From contig JANOAV010000080.1 of assembly GCA_031411295.1 (NCBI GenBank), forward strand, positions 1-33,787: 33,787 nucleotides of DNA. Direction: 5' to 3'. Shown here in pieces: positions 1 through 8,012 of this stretch. The notes beneath the pieces were generated by a model. That model was not told the origin of the DNA and did not search any database. It worked only from the letters and a program-made list of their open reading frames with translations. Numbering within the stretch: the first letter of the stretch is position 1; every line of letters begins with the position of its first letter. The position numbers and the translations under genes are program-made. The DNA is from Verrucomicrobiales bacterium (GTDB lineage Bacteria; Verrucomicrobiota; Verrucomicrobiia; Verrucomicrobiales; V1-33).

Positions 1-466
1 GTAGAGCCCTGCTGGTGGTTCCTTTGGTCCTTCACGGGGCGGTTGTCGGTTTCGTAGTTTGAGCGGGTATCTTCCAACCCCCGATTCGCTGGTCCGTTAC
101 TATGACCGCTGCTGACTTCTCCCGCGCTCTCACGCTGGAGATTTGCCTGCATCGGAGAAATGGCATTTAGGCAGGCTATGTCCGCTGCGCTCCCATTCCC
201 CGGGTAAGGCTCCTGAACTTTCTCCGCATTCCTTCTGGCTCTACTTGCAGTGTCTTAAGATGAGGGTTGGACTTGGCATTTACTAGCATACTTGTCGCCC
301 ACCGCCTGCCTCGCTGCCAGTTCGTGTTCCTAAGGCCACGGATTTGCCTCCCGCTTCTTTCAGCTCCACCCTCGCGGGCGTCGCCTTGCGGTTCAGCTAC
401 GGTTGCTCTCATCAGCTCCGATGTCATCGTTTCATGTTCATTAGTTCAGGCCCCTGCCGGGCACAC
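1..466 (-). mobile_element. Class IIC group II intron, 5' part (domains I-III); DIV/RT ORF and DV-DVI lie beyond the left window edge
   Basis: Minus strand starts GTGTGCCCGGCAGGGG at 466 (GUGYG 5' consensus). It continues with IIC-like blocks GCTGAACCGCAAGG, CCCGCGAGGG, GAAAGAAGCGGGAGGCAAA, AGGAACACGAAC, CTTACCCGGGGA, AGAAGTCAGCAGCGGTCATAGTA and GAAGGACCAAAG. A hairpin lies just upstream in the 5' exon, as expected for IIC introns. Confidence 0.9.
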
Positions 467-564
467 TAGCGGGAGCGCCCACGCTCCCAATCATTGTCTC
501 GGGGACGCCCTCGTCCCCGGTAATCACTCACGCTGGTCGAGGAGCGAAGGCGCTCCCCCCCTAC
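467..564. repeat. Cluster of three REP-like palindromes (family 1)
   Basis: Hairpins GGGAGCG-CCCA-CGCTCCC (471-488), CGGGGACG-CCCT-CGTCCCCG (500-519) and GGAGCG-AAGG-CGCTCC (541-556) followed by CCCCCTACA (GTAG foot on the minus strand). Homologous unit in reverse orientation at 11864-11919. Confidence 0.8.
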
Positions 565-608
565 AGTTACAACATGTTATCAAATACGCCCGAGAACGGG
601 ATTCCAAA

Positions 609-1334
609 TCACACAGCCTTGCGACGAACCCTCTTGGGCTTCTCCGGTGCCAACGTCATCTGAGGAGTGACCTTGATTCCCATGCGCTTGTAATAGTCCA
701 ACATCTTCTCCGTGGCCACGCGGCTGGCTTCGAGCACAATATTCGACATCTCCGACATTTCACGGGGAGGCGATTCCTGAAGGTTGTTGGGGTCGATCAT
801 GGTTTTTAATTGGTCGAGAGTGTGAGTGTCACTAGCGGCAATCTGCAACGCTGGTGGTGAATGATTGTCCCACAGTCCCCACTCGTTAGCAAGTGGCAGA
901 TAGTCCTCCAGAAAATGTTGGCGGCTTCGCTCAAAACGCCGCCGCACATCCGCCTCCGGCACATGATGTCCGCCCAGCCTCACCCGCAACGCCACGCGAT
1001 CCACCGCTTGGGTTTCCGAGCCAATGACAATATAATGCAGCAGGAAACGATACCCCTGAGCCTTCGCATCCCGGATCAGCGCGAGATAGGTTTTGCCGCT
1101 CAGTGTCGATTCAATTGCAAAACTGGCCTTCGCCTTCATGAGCGAACGCGCCTCCTCCAGCAGAATACGCCCCGCCCGAAACGCACTTAGCGAAGGATCC
1201 AGCGGAGACAGCCCGCGCGCAAGTTCATCCGCATTGAGAAACCGCATCAACCCCAGCCGGGGAAGCAGTTCGCGGGCAAGCGTGGTCTTCCCCGCGCCAT
1301 TACAGCCGCCGAGAATGCAGAGAGTGGGATTCAT
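609..1334 (-). CDS. Zeta-toxin-like / COG4185 P-loop ATPase-kinase with C-terminal extension
   Basis: Walker A GGCNGAGKTT, FLNADELA, ESTLSG, RVxxRVxxGGHxVP, RRFERS and DN motifs typical of this family; about 60 extra C-terminal residues. Confidence 0.85.
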   Translation of the reverse strand: MNPTLCILGGCNGAGKTTLARELLPRLGLMRFLNADELARGLSPLDPSLSAFRAGRILLEEARSLMKAKASFAIESTLSGKTYLALIRDAKAQGYRFLLHYIVIGSETQAVDRVALRVRLGGHHVPEADVRRRFERSRQHFLEDYLPLANEWGLWDNHSPPALQIAASDTHTLDQLKTMIDPNNLQESPPREMSEMSNIVLEASRVATEKMLDYYKRMGIKVTPQMTLAPEKPKRVRRKAV

Positions 1335-1579
1335 CGGAATTCCTTATCAGCAAATCTCTGGTTAGCAAACGCCTCCGTTCATTTCTTCAACGGCCCCAAC
1401 GAGATCGGCATCTCGCTGGGCCTGGCCATAGCACTTATGGCTCGGGTCTTTCCGAAGAACCAGATTGTGACCACGAAATTTTGCTCAACGAAGGTTGCAG
1501 CGCTTTCGGAGTGGCCCGATCACCCAAACGCGCACACTCTCGGTTGCCAATAGCCGGAAACGCCTCAAATAGTGCAACC

Positions 1580-2038
1580 ATGCAAAAATCCGTCCACTTC
1601 CGAGTCGACCCAAAACTCGCCCATGTTTTGGGCGAGAATTACACCTCGAGCGAAAAGGCGCTCAAGGAGTTGATCGACAACGCATGGGACGCCGAGGCTA
1701 CCAAAGTCCATGTCACTGTGCCGACCATCCTCTCCGAACCACCCATCATCGTGCAGGACAACGGCAGCGGCATGAAGCCAGCCGAACTCAAGGCCGAATA
1801 CCTCAACATCGCCAGCCCCCCATTCAGCTGCAAAGGTGACCGCATGCCCAATTTCAACCGCACCTTAAAAGGCCGTAAAGGTATCGGCAAATTTGCCGGT
1901 CTAATTCTCGCCAGCGAAATGGAACTGGTCTCCCAAGCCAAGCAATGCGGCCAGCCGCGCTCATGCTCCGGGCTCAATGACAGGGATCAAACTGCGACGC
2001 CCACCAATCCGCATCACGATTGCACATCACAATTCTAG
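1580..2038 (+). pseudogene. Truncated GHKL (HATPase_c_3/MORC-like) ATPase, N-terminal about 120 aa only
   Basis: MQKSVHFRVDPKLAHVLGENY, ALKELIDNAWDA, DNGSGM, GRKGIGKFAG. Similarity stops after about ASEMELVS and an unrelated tail runs to the stop. ATG at 1580 preferred over the TTG at 1481. Confidence 0.75.
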
Positions 2039-2088
2039 CCTCTACGATCCAAAAATGAACGTCACTATTGAAACCTGCCCCCTATTAA

Positions 2089-5000
2089 ATGGATAACTCA
2101 CTCAATGAGACCGATGCGCCTGATGAAGCATCTAGCTTTGAGCAATGGCAAGGCTGGCTCAAAGACAAGCGCAAGACGGCATTCCGCGGATGGGCGTTGG
2201 AACCTGACAAGTTAATCGGTGAGCACAATGGTGAGGCAAAAGAGGCCCGCGAGTATCAGGGGCGTGAAGTGCTCGAACTGATTCAAAATGCTAACGACGC
2301 CGCTCGTGAGTTAGGCATCGAGGGCAGCATCCGATTGGAACTCTCGCCCGAAGGCTTCATTGCCGCCAATACTGGTTCACCATTCACATTTGGTGGGATC
2401 GGTTCACTCCGCACAGCAAATCTTAGCCCAAAGCGAGGCAGACAAAATATGGTAGGGCACAAGGGCCTTGGTTTCAGGGCGGTGCTTAACTGGTCTCGTC
2501 ATCCGATGATCCTGAGCGGATCGCTCGCCCTCGCCTTCTCGGAACGAGAAAGAATCAAGGTGCAGCACCAGTTGCTTGAATTGGGCGGAGAGCTTGAATC
2601 GCGCATTCGCGGGGAGATAAAAAAGCCAAGCGATGCAGTTGTTCCGTTGCTTGCGGTGCCCGCTTTCGGAACAGATGATGAAATCGCTGAAGCATTGGAC
2701 GACGATTCTCAACGCAGTCTTTTCATTCGATGCAGGGATTTGCGGAGCGACTTTGATACCGTGATCGGCATGGCGTTTGAGCGCAACGGTGCATTCGATA
2801 GGGCCAAGCAGCAGCTTCAGCAATTGACTCCCGAAGTAATGCTATTTGCCGAGAGCATCAGCCAAATCGAGATCGTAATTTCGGGCGAACAGCCGAAGAC
2901 CTGGATGCGCGAAGCATCGTCAGACACTTCTGTGCGCTTCATGACCAACAACGCCCCGTCTGTGGAATGGCGACTCCATAGAAAGCCGGGAACCATACCA
3001 AATCAGGTCACGGGCGTCGAAGAAGTAGAGACATCAAGCTTTGAGCTGGTCATCGCAATTCCTCTCGGCGGAGTCAAACCATCGGGTTATCTGTTTTCTT
3101 ACTTCCCCACCAAGGTTCGCTTTCCGTTTCCCTTCGTCTGCCATGCGACGTTAGCGCTGTCTGCCAATCGAGATGGCATCTCAGACGTTCCTGCGAACCA
3201 TTACGTTCTCGGGGAACTTGCCGCATTCGTTGCAGAGACAGCGGAAAAGGAGGCTCGCTTTTCGTCTAATGATGCCGGGCTTCGGCTCATCACAGCCGAC
3301 GGTAGTCACGAGTCGCTGGACCGATTCAAGTTTGGGTCGCTATTGATCCAGGCCGCCAAGAGTCGCCTTATCGTTCCCACCTTGGGTTTGGGTGTGGTTA
3401 GCGGGAGCGAAGCGCGGTCAGTGGCGATTGCGGATACCTCTTGGCTACCATCAGCGACATTCGGGCCAGTTGTTGCGGTCTCAAAGCAGCATCCATCGTT
3501 TGCGCTGTTGGAGAAACTCTCGGTTCCAGAATGGTCCGACGCAGAATGGCAGCACGCTTGCAGCAATACGGAGTTCGCGAGTCTGGAAGCGAGGGCCAAG
3601 TTCATCGGGAATGTGGTCAAATACGAGATCAAGGCGGCTTACTCTGTCCAGACCCTGTTGCTTGATGAGAGCGGAAGTGAGGTGCCTAATGATGCTCAAG
3701 TGCTCTTGCCGCCGGGTGAGGGCAAATCATTCAACGTGCCTGTCTGGTGTGATGCACGACAACTGAATCCCGAACTTTGCTCGCTCCTTCAGTCCGACCT
3801 GCAGGCCCAAAATCGCAGCGATCTCGCAACAAAGCTCAAGCCTCTGGGTGTCGCCGCTTATTCATTGGCCGGCATAGTCAAGGCTCTGCTTGCAGCGACG
3901 AAGTTGAGGCGAGAGCAAGCGCCTGACAGCGCTAGCGATAGAAACAACGACTTGTTACACGCACTATTTTCCTTGTTTGGCACCACACAAAGTGACGTCA
4001 AGTTTCCTTTGTCTGAGCGGGCAGCTCCAATCTTGGTGGCTTCTATTGAGGGATCATGGGAGGATGTTCAGAAAGTATATCTTGGGCCATCCTATGGCAC
4101 TCGCGGGCGCTTGCTGGATGCGCTCTACGCTTTCGATTCCAAGAAGTTGATCGCGGAACCTAACGCGATGGGCTTTGGTCAGCAGGGACACGACTTGGCA
4201 AAGTTTTTCGTGTGGCTCGGGGCAGCCGATTTGCCGAGGATTCAGGAAGCGAATTGGCCAGACAAAAGGAGCGATTTCAGCGAATTTGTGAAAGTCAGCA
4301 TCGGCAAGGAAGCTCATTTTGAAAGCTACGGGTTGGTTCACCTAGCAGGCGAAGGTGACCTGTATTTTGAAAAACTGGTGACTGTGGACGGGTTGGGCAA
4401 GATGCTAGAAACTGCACCTTACTCTGCCATTCTAGCATGGTTGGCGCACGACGACCGAGCGCACGCCTGGAGGTTCAAATCATCTGACCATGGCAAAGCT
4501 GGTCTCTGCCGTGGCGATGACCGTCGCACGCGATTCTACAAAGGAGAGATTCCCAGTTATGCGCGTTGGCGGATTCAGACGACCGCCTGGTTGATAGACC
4601 GGGCTGGCAACAAAGTTTCACCCGAAGACTGCGTCGCTGACGCCGGTGCTGGATTGAGTGAGATAGTTCCTGCCCCGACGCGTCCAGCGGCTGAAGATGC
4701 TGAGTCGTTTGGTATCGTGCCTGAGCAATGGGGCGATGCATTTGTCCGCGCAGGTGTCCGGACATCATTGTCGAACCTTGATCCCTCGGCTGTTTACGCC
4801 CTGCTCCGCCGTCTTCCAGAAGCCGACTGCGAAGGTCGCCACGCGAAAGCCGTCTATCAGGCATTGTTGCATCACTCTGACCCGGCGGCGCTGAAGAAAT
4901 CAGCTGCTCGCGAGCAGTTCCTTCGAGACGGGACCATTTGGTGCAAGACACCAGATGGTGGTCAATACTATCAAGTGGCGGAGGCCTGGCATGTGAACAG

Positions 5001-6330
5001 CGATGATATACCACGAACATTGCGCAGCACCCTCAAGATTGCCGATCTGCCAAGGCGGACATCGTCCGCCAATGCCGAGGCCATTCTAGGCGTTCGGCCA
5101 CTTAATCGGAATGAAATCCGGAAGACTGTAGCCGCCCACACCCTGCATCGTGATGCAGTGACGCTTGAGTCGGAGATTGAGAGACTGAAGCCTTTGTTCT
5201 TCGAATTGCGGAGAAGTCACAGCAAATCCGCAAAAGAGAGCGCTGAGTTCAAATCCGTGGCGATTCGGCTATGCTCGCACATTGAAGGTAGCGTCGAGTT
5301 TCAAGGTTCGGTTCCTCTGTCGCTGGAACCGTGGGAATGGATATGGGGCCAGGGTGAACATAAGCACGAGGTATATGTGTTTGTGAATCCTGGTGAGCGT
5401 GATCCAATGAAGTCCGCGCTCTTGGCTGACACTGTTGGGCGAGTATTTGCCTCGATTTTCGACTTGTCCAAAGGCGACGAATTCGCGCGTCTCTACGGAT
5501 GCAGGGCGGAGGATCGCCCTGACCTGCTGAGGCGCATGATGGGCGATGATCGCCCTCCGGATTTAGAGGAACTGATTCAAAACTACCAAGCCACCATCGC
5601 CCGGACTCAAACCACTCTGCTTTATGAGGCACCTCGAACTCCTGTCACGAGTGCTGAGCAATTGCCCTCCACTCTGCCCGTCGTTGATCAGCCTGTTGAT
5701 GACGCAGCTAGTGCTGAACTCAACGTCGGCCTAGAATCGTCAGAACCAACGCCGCTGAGTGTGCAAAAGATCGAACACTTACCAGTTGCCGAGGGAGGAC
5801 GGGTCGAGTTTCGAAATCGCAGCGACGGCGAGCCCTCAAGTGCCCCCCAATCCAGGCCCCACGTAGAGCAGCGTGTAACAAACGGAACACTCTGTGAGGA
5901 AAAAGTGATTGAGTTTGAAGATCACCAAGGTCGATTCCCTCTTCGTGTGGGTAATCTGCAGGGTTACCTAGCCCCAGGAGTAGATGTGCTGAGTTTCTCG
6001 ACGGCGGAAGATCTTGGTCGCTTTGTCGCAGGAGATAGGCGTGCTGAACTCGTCGAACGGTTTATCGAAGTAAAGGGCCGAAATCATGAGCGAGCCAAGA
6101 TCGACCTCCGAGAGAACGCTTTGACGACCGCATCTTCCCGTCGTCAAAAGTATTGGCTCTATCGACTTCACCAGTCTGGAAGCAAAAGTTATCGGCTCTC
6201 CATGCTTCAAGACCCGATAAGCGACCCATCCGCTGCAAAAGAGTTCCTTGAGATTGATCTCGACCGGAGTCTGCGGACAGAGCGATACACCATCACGGGT
6301 GGTATTCCGGCAGAGTCGCCGTCACCTTGA
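2089..6330 (+). CDS. Sacsin-like N-terminal GHKL ATPase with C-terminal DUF3883 (NOV_C) PD-(D/E)xK nuclease domain
   Basis: N-terminus: ELIQNANDA, ANTGSPFT, VGHKGLGFRAV, LFSYFPT-FPFPFVCHA. C-terminus: GxxxE...GVDVLS...RFIEVKG...YWLYR. Confidence 0.85.
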   Translation: MDNSLNETDAPDEASSFEQWQGWLKDKRKTAFRGWALEPDKLIGEHNGEAKEAREYQGREVLELIQNANDAARELGIEGSIRLELSPEGFIAANTGSPFTFGGIGSLRTANLSPKRGRQNMVGHKGLGFRAVLNWSRHPMILSGSLALAFSERERIKVQHQLLELGGELESRIRGEIKKPSDAVVPLLAVPAFGTDDEIAEALDDDSQRSLFIRCRDLRSDFDTVIGMAFERNGAFDRAKQQLQQLTPEVMLFAESISQIEIVISGEQPKTWMREASSDTSVRFMTNNAPSVEWRLHRKPGTIPNQVTGVEEVETSSFELVIAIPLGGVKPSGYLFSYFPTKVRFPFPFVCHATLALSANRDGISDVPANHYVLGELAAFVAETAEKEARFSSNDAGLRLITADGSHESLDRFKFGSLLIQAAKSRLIVPTLGLGVVSGSEARSVAIADTSWLPSATFGPVVAVSKQHPSFALLEKLSVPEWSDAEWQHACSNTEFASLEARAKFIGNVVKYEIKAAYSVQTLLLDESGSEVPNDAQVLLPPGEGKSFNVPVWCDARQLNPELCSLLQSDLQAQNRSDLATKLKPLGVAAYSLAGIVKALLAATKLRREQAPDSASDRNNDLLHALFSLFGTTQSDVKFPLSERAAPILVASIEGSWEDVQKVYLGPSYGTRGRLLDALYAFDSKKLIAEPNAMGFGQQGHDLAKFFVWLGAADLPRIQEANWPDKRSDFSEFVKVSIGKEAHFESYGLVHLAGEGDLYFEKLVTVDGLGKMLETAPYSAILAWLAHDDRAHAWRFKSSDHGKAGLCRGDDRRTRFYKGEIPSYARWRIQTTAWLIDRAGNKVSPEDCVADAGAGLSEIVPAPTRPAAEDAESFGIVPEQWGDAFVRAGVRTSLSNLDPSAVYALLRRLPEADCEGRHAKAVYQALLHHSDPAALKKSAAREQFLRDGTIWCKTPDGGQYYQVAEAWHVNSDDIPRTLRSTLKIADLPRRTSSANAEAILGVRPLNRNEIRKTVAAHTLHRDAVTLESEIERLKPLFFELRRSHSKSAKESAEFKSVAIRLCSHIEGSVEFQGSVPLSLEPWEWIWGQGEHKHEVYVFVNPGERDPMKSALLADTVGRVFASIFDLSKGDEFARLYGCRAEDRPDLLRRMMGDDRPPDLEELIQNYQATIARTQTTLLYEAPRTPVTSAEQLPSTLPVVDQPVDDAASAELNVGLESSEPTPLSVQKIEHLPVAEGGRVEFRNRSDGEPSSAPQSRPHVEQRVTNGTLCEEKVIEFEDHQGRFPLRVGNLQGYLAPGVDVLSFSTAEDLGRFVAGDRRAELVERFIEVKGRNHERAKIDLRENALTTASSRRQKYWLYRLHQSGSKSYRLSMLQDPISDPSAAKEFLEIDLDRSLRTERYTITGGIPAESPSP

Positions 6331-6835
6331 TGTCTTAAATTTGTCCGCCTCATTAAACGCGTTGAGCCCGTCGGCGCTGCCTTTGCCATAACATTACCCA
6401 GACGCCCTTTGTCTTCATGTTCCAAATGAGCCAAGCGGAGGGGCAGAAGTCCTTCAAAAATCCCTGGAGAGCGGAGAAGGATCGTGGGGCCGATTGGGAT
6501 GAATCGCCAGTGTGCCAGATCACGATCTCGCATCTCCTTTCTCGCATCCGTAAAAAAAGTGGTGATGGGGAAGGCGTTTCCCATTTTCGATAACGAGGAG
6601 GTTCACACCCCGCCTGAGTTCATCGAAACACACACCTACTTGCTGAAGGCGTTCCGCGTCATCGGAGCCATTGGCATCTCTGCGCTAGCCATCACCAAAC
6701 GCCCGAGCAGCAGAGGGTTCCAGATGAGCAACATGTATGGGCGAACCGAGGAGGTCTTCGGCAAAAGCTATGACAAGGGACATTTTGGAAAGGCAGAAGT
6801 AGGTAGGAATGAAGAATGATGAAGCGCACCCCAGC

Positions 6836-7126
6836 TTACGCATGAAGGGCTTCCAACACGGCTTCGGGGTGGCGTTCGGCTATCCGGAGGAGAGCTCGGG
6901 CGGTGCCTTCGGGGCGGCGGTGGCCTTGCTCCCAGTTTTGCAGGGTGCGGGGGCTGATGCCAATGAGGGCGGCAAATTGGCTTTGGCTGAGACCTAGCTT
7001 TTCTCGGACCACTCGGGCATCGGGCCAATGAACTTCAGTTGTGCGAGAGGGTTTGGTTTTCCCCCGCAGGATGGCACCGCCTTCTTTGAGGCTGGTGACG
7101 AGTTGTTGGAAGAGTTCGTCTTTCAT
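6836..7126 (-). CDS. higA: HigA-like (NadS-type) XRE HTH antitoxin
   Basis: REKLGLSQSQFAALIGISPRTLQNWEQGHRRP HTH; overlaps the upstream RelE-family toxin by 4 bp. Confidence 0.85.
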   Translation of the reverse strand: MKDELFQQLVTSLKEGGAILRGKTKPSRTTEVHWPDARVVREKLGLSQSQFAALIGISPRTLQNWEQGHRRPEGTARALLRIAERHPEAVLEALHA

Positions 7127-7446
7127 GGGTATTCGGTTTCGATGATGGATTTCAGGACTTTGAGTTGGGCCGGGGTGAGGTTTTCTTGCTCGTTCTTGGG
7201 GTAGGCGAGAAGGAACAGGATGGTGCTGCCGGGAACGTGCCAGTAATAAATGACTCGCAGCCCGCCCCGCTTGCCGCGACCCGAGCCAGCGCAGCGGATT
7301 TTCCGCAACCCACCGGAGCCACGGATGAGATCACCACGGTCAGGATTTGCGATGAGCACCCACTGTAACGCACTCAATTCCTCATCCGACAAGAGTTCGG
7401 TGATTTGTCGGGTAAAGATGGTTGTTTCGCTGAAGGTGAGATACAC
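7123..7446 (-). CDS. higB: HigB/RelE-family toxin (toxin-first module)
   Basis: FSETTIF, NPDRGDLIRGSGGLRKIR, GRGKRGGLRVIYY, LLAYPKNEQENL. The GTG start at 7446 is chosen because the ATG at 7464 falls inside the predicted promoter. Confidence 0.85.
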   Translation of the reverse strand: MYLTFSETTIFTRQITELLSDEELSALQWVLIANPDRGDLIRGSGGLRKIRCAGSGRGKRGGLRVIYYWHVPGSTILFLLAYPKNEQENLTPAQLKVLKSIIETEYP

Positions 7447-7452
7447 AATGGT

Positions 7453-7480
7453 TCTATACGTCATTGACGGAATTTGTAAA
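7453..7480 (-). promoter_or_regulatory. Sigma70-like higBA promoter with palindromic operator
   Basis: Minus strand TTTACA-16 nt-TATAGA, 6 nt before the GTG; palindrome CGTCA-T-TGACG (7459-7469) in the spacer. Confidence 0.6.
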
Positions 7481-8012
7481 GGCCTAGTTTGGCCGTTTGC
7501 TGCGCGCGGTTGTGCACCGTCTGTTCACAAACGAATTAGCCCCGCAACTGCCGGACTGGAAGATCGACTATCGGTCCGCTGCGGATCATTGTCACGACAC
7601 GGAATATGCCACGCACGCGAGACTGCTTATCGAATGTCTGTCTGACGAGATCAGTCGGGCGCATTGCGAAAGCATCTCCTTTCCCCCATCCTAGGTCGGA
7701 CGGAAAAATTTCGTAACCGTTTGCCGTTGAGTGGTATTGGATGGTGGGTATCAGCATGCATCTGTCGGCTCCTTGGCTAGACTACTGGGTGCCAATCGTC
7801 ACTGCCTGTTGGCAGGCTGGTGGTTTGCTACAGTGTCACCCATGTCCTTTGTCCTTTTCCCAATTTGATGATCTTTAAACTTACCTCCATCCTCAAGGGA
7901 GAAACCATGACGGTCGAAAAGCTAATATTTCCTTTCCAGTTTTAAGCATTTCACACGATAACAGCATGGAGCAGTCCAGCGGACTGCTACCACTCTCGCA
8001 AAAATTACACCT

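Noticed and set aside
467..564. Hairpin cluster read as an attC site or CRISPR array
   Set aside because: No RYYYAAC/GTTRRRY core pair, no integrase, no regularly spaced identical repeats and no cas genes; GTAG-REP fits better.
176..809. ORFs 176-427 (-) and 267-809 (+)
   Set aside because: They overlap structured intron RNA, REP hairpins and the antisense strand of the ATPase; no protein motifs.
6805..6823. GGAATGAAGAATGATGAAG short tandem-like repeat
   Set aside because: Too short and degenerate to call a repeat element.
2089..7480. Prophage or integrative element around the defence genes
   Set aside because: No integrase, transposase, phage gene, tRNA or att-like direct repeat seen.
7941..7970. 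Minus-strand CATGCT...GCTTAAA resembling the ECF motif
   Set aside because: Spacing is 3 nt longer, the TCTTCGT part is missing, and it points away from the nearest intact gene.
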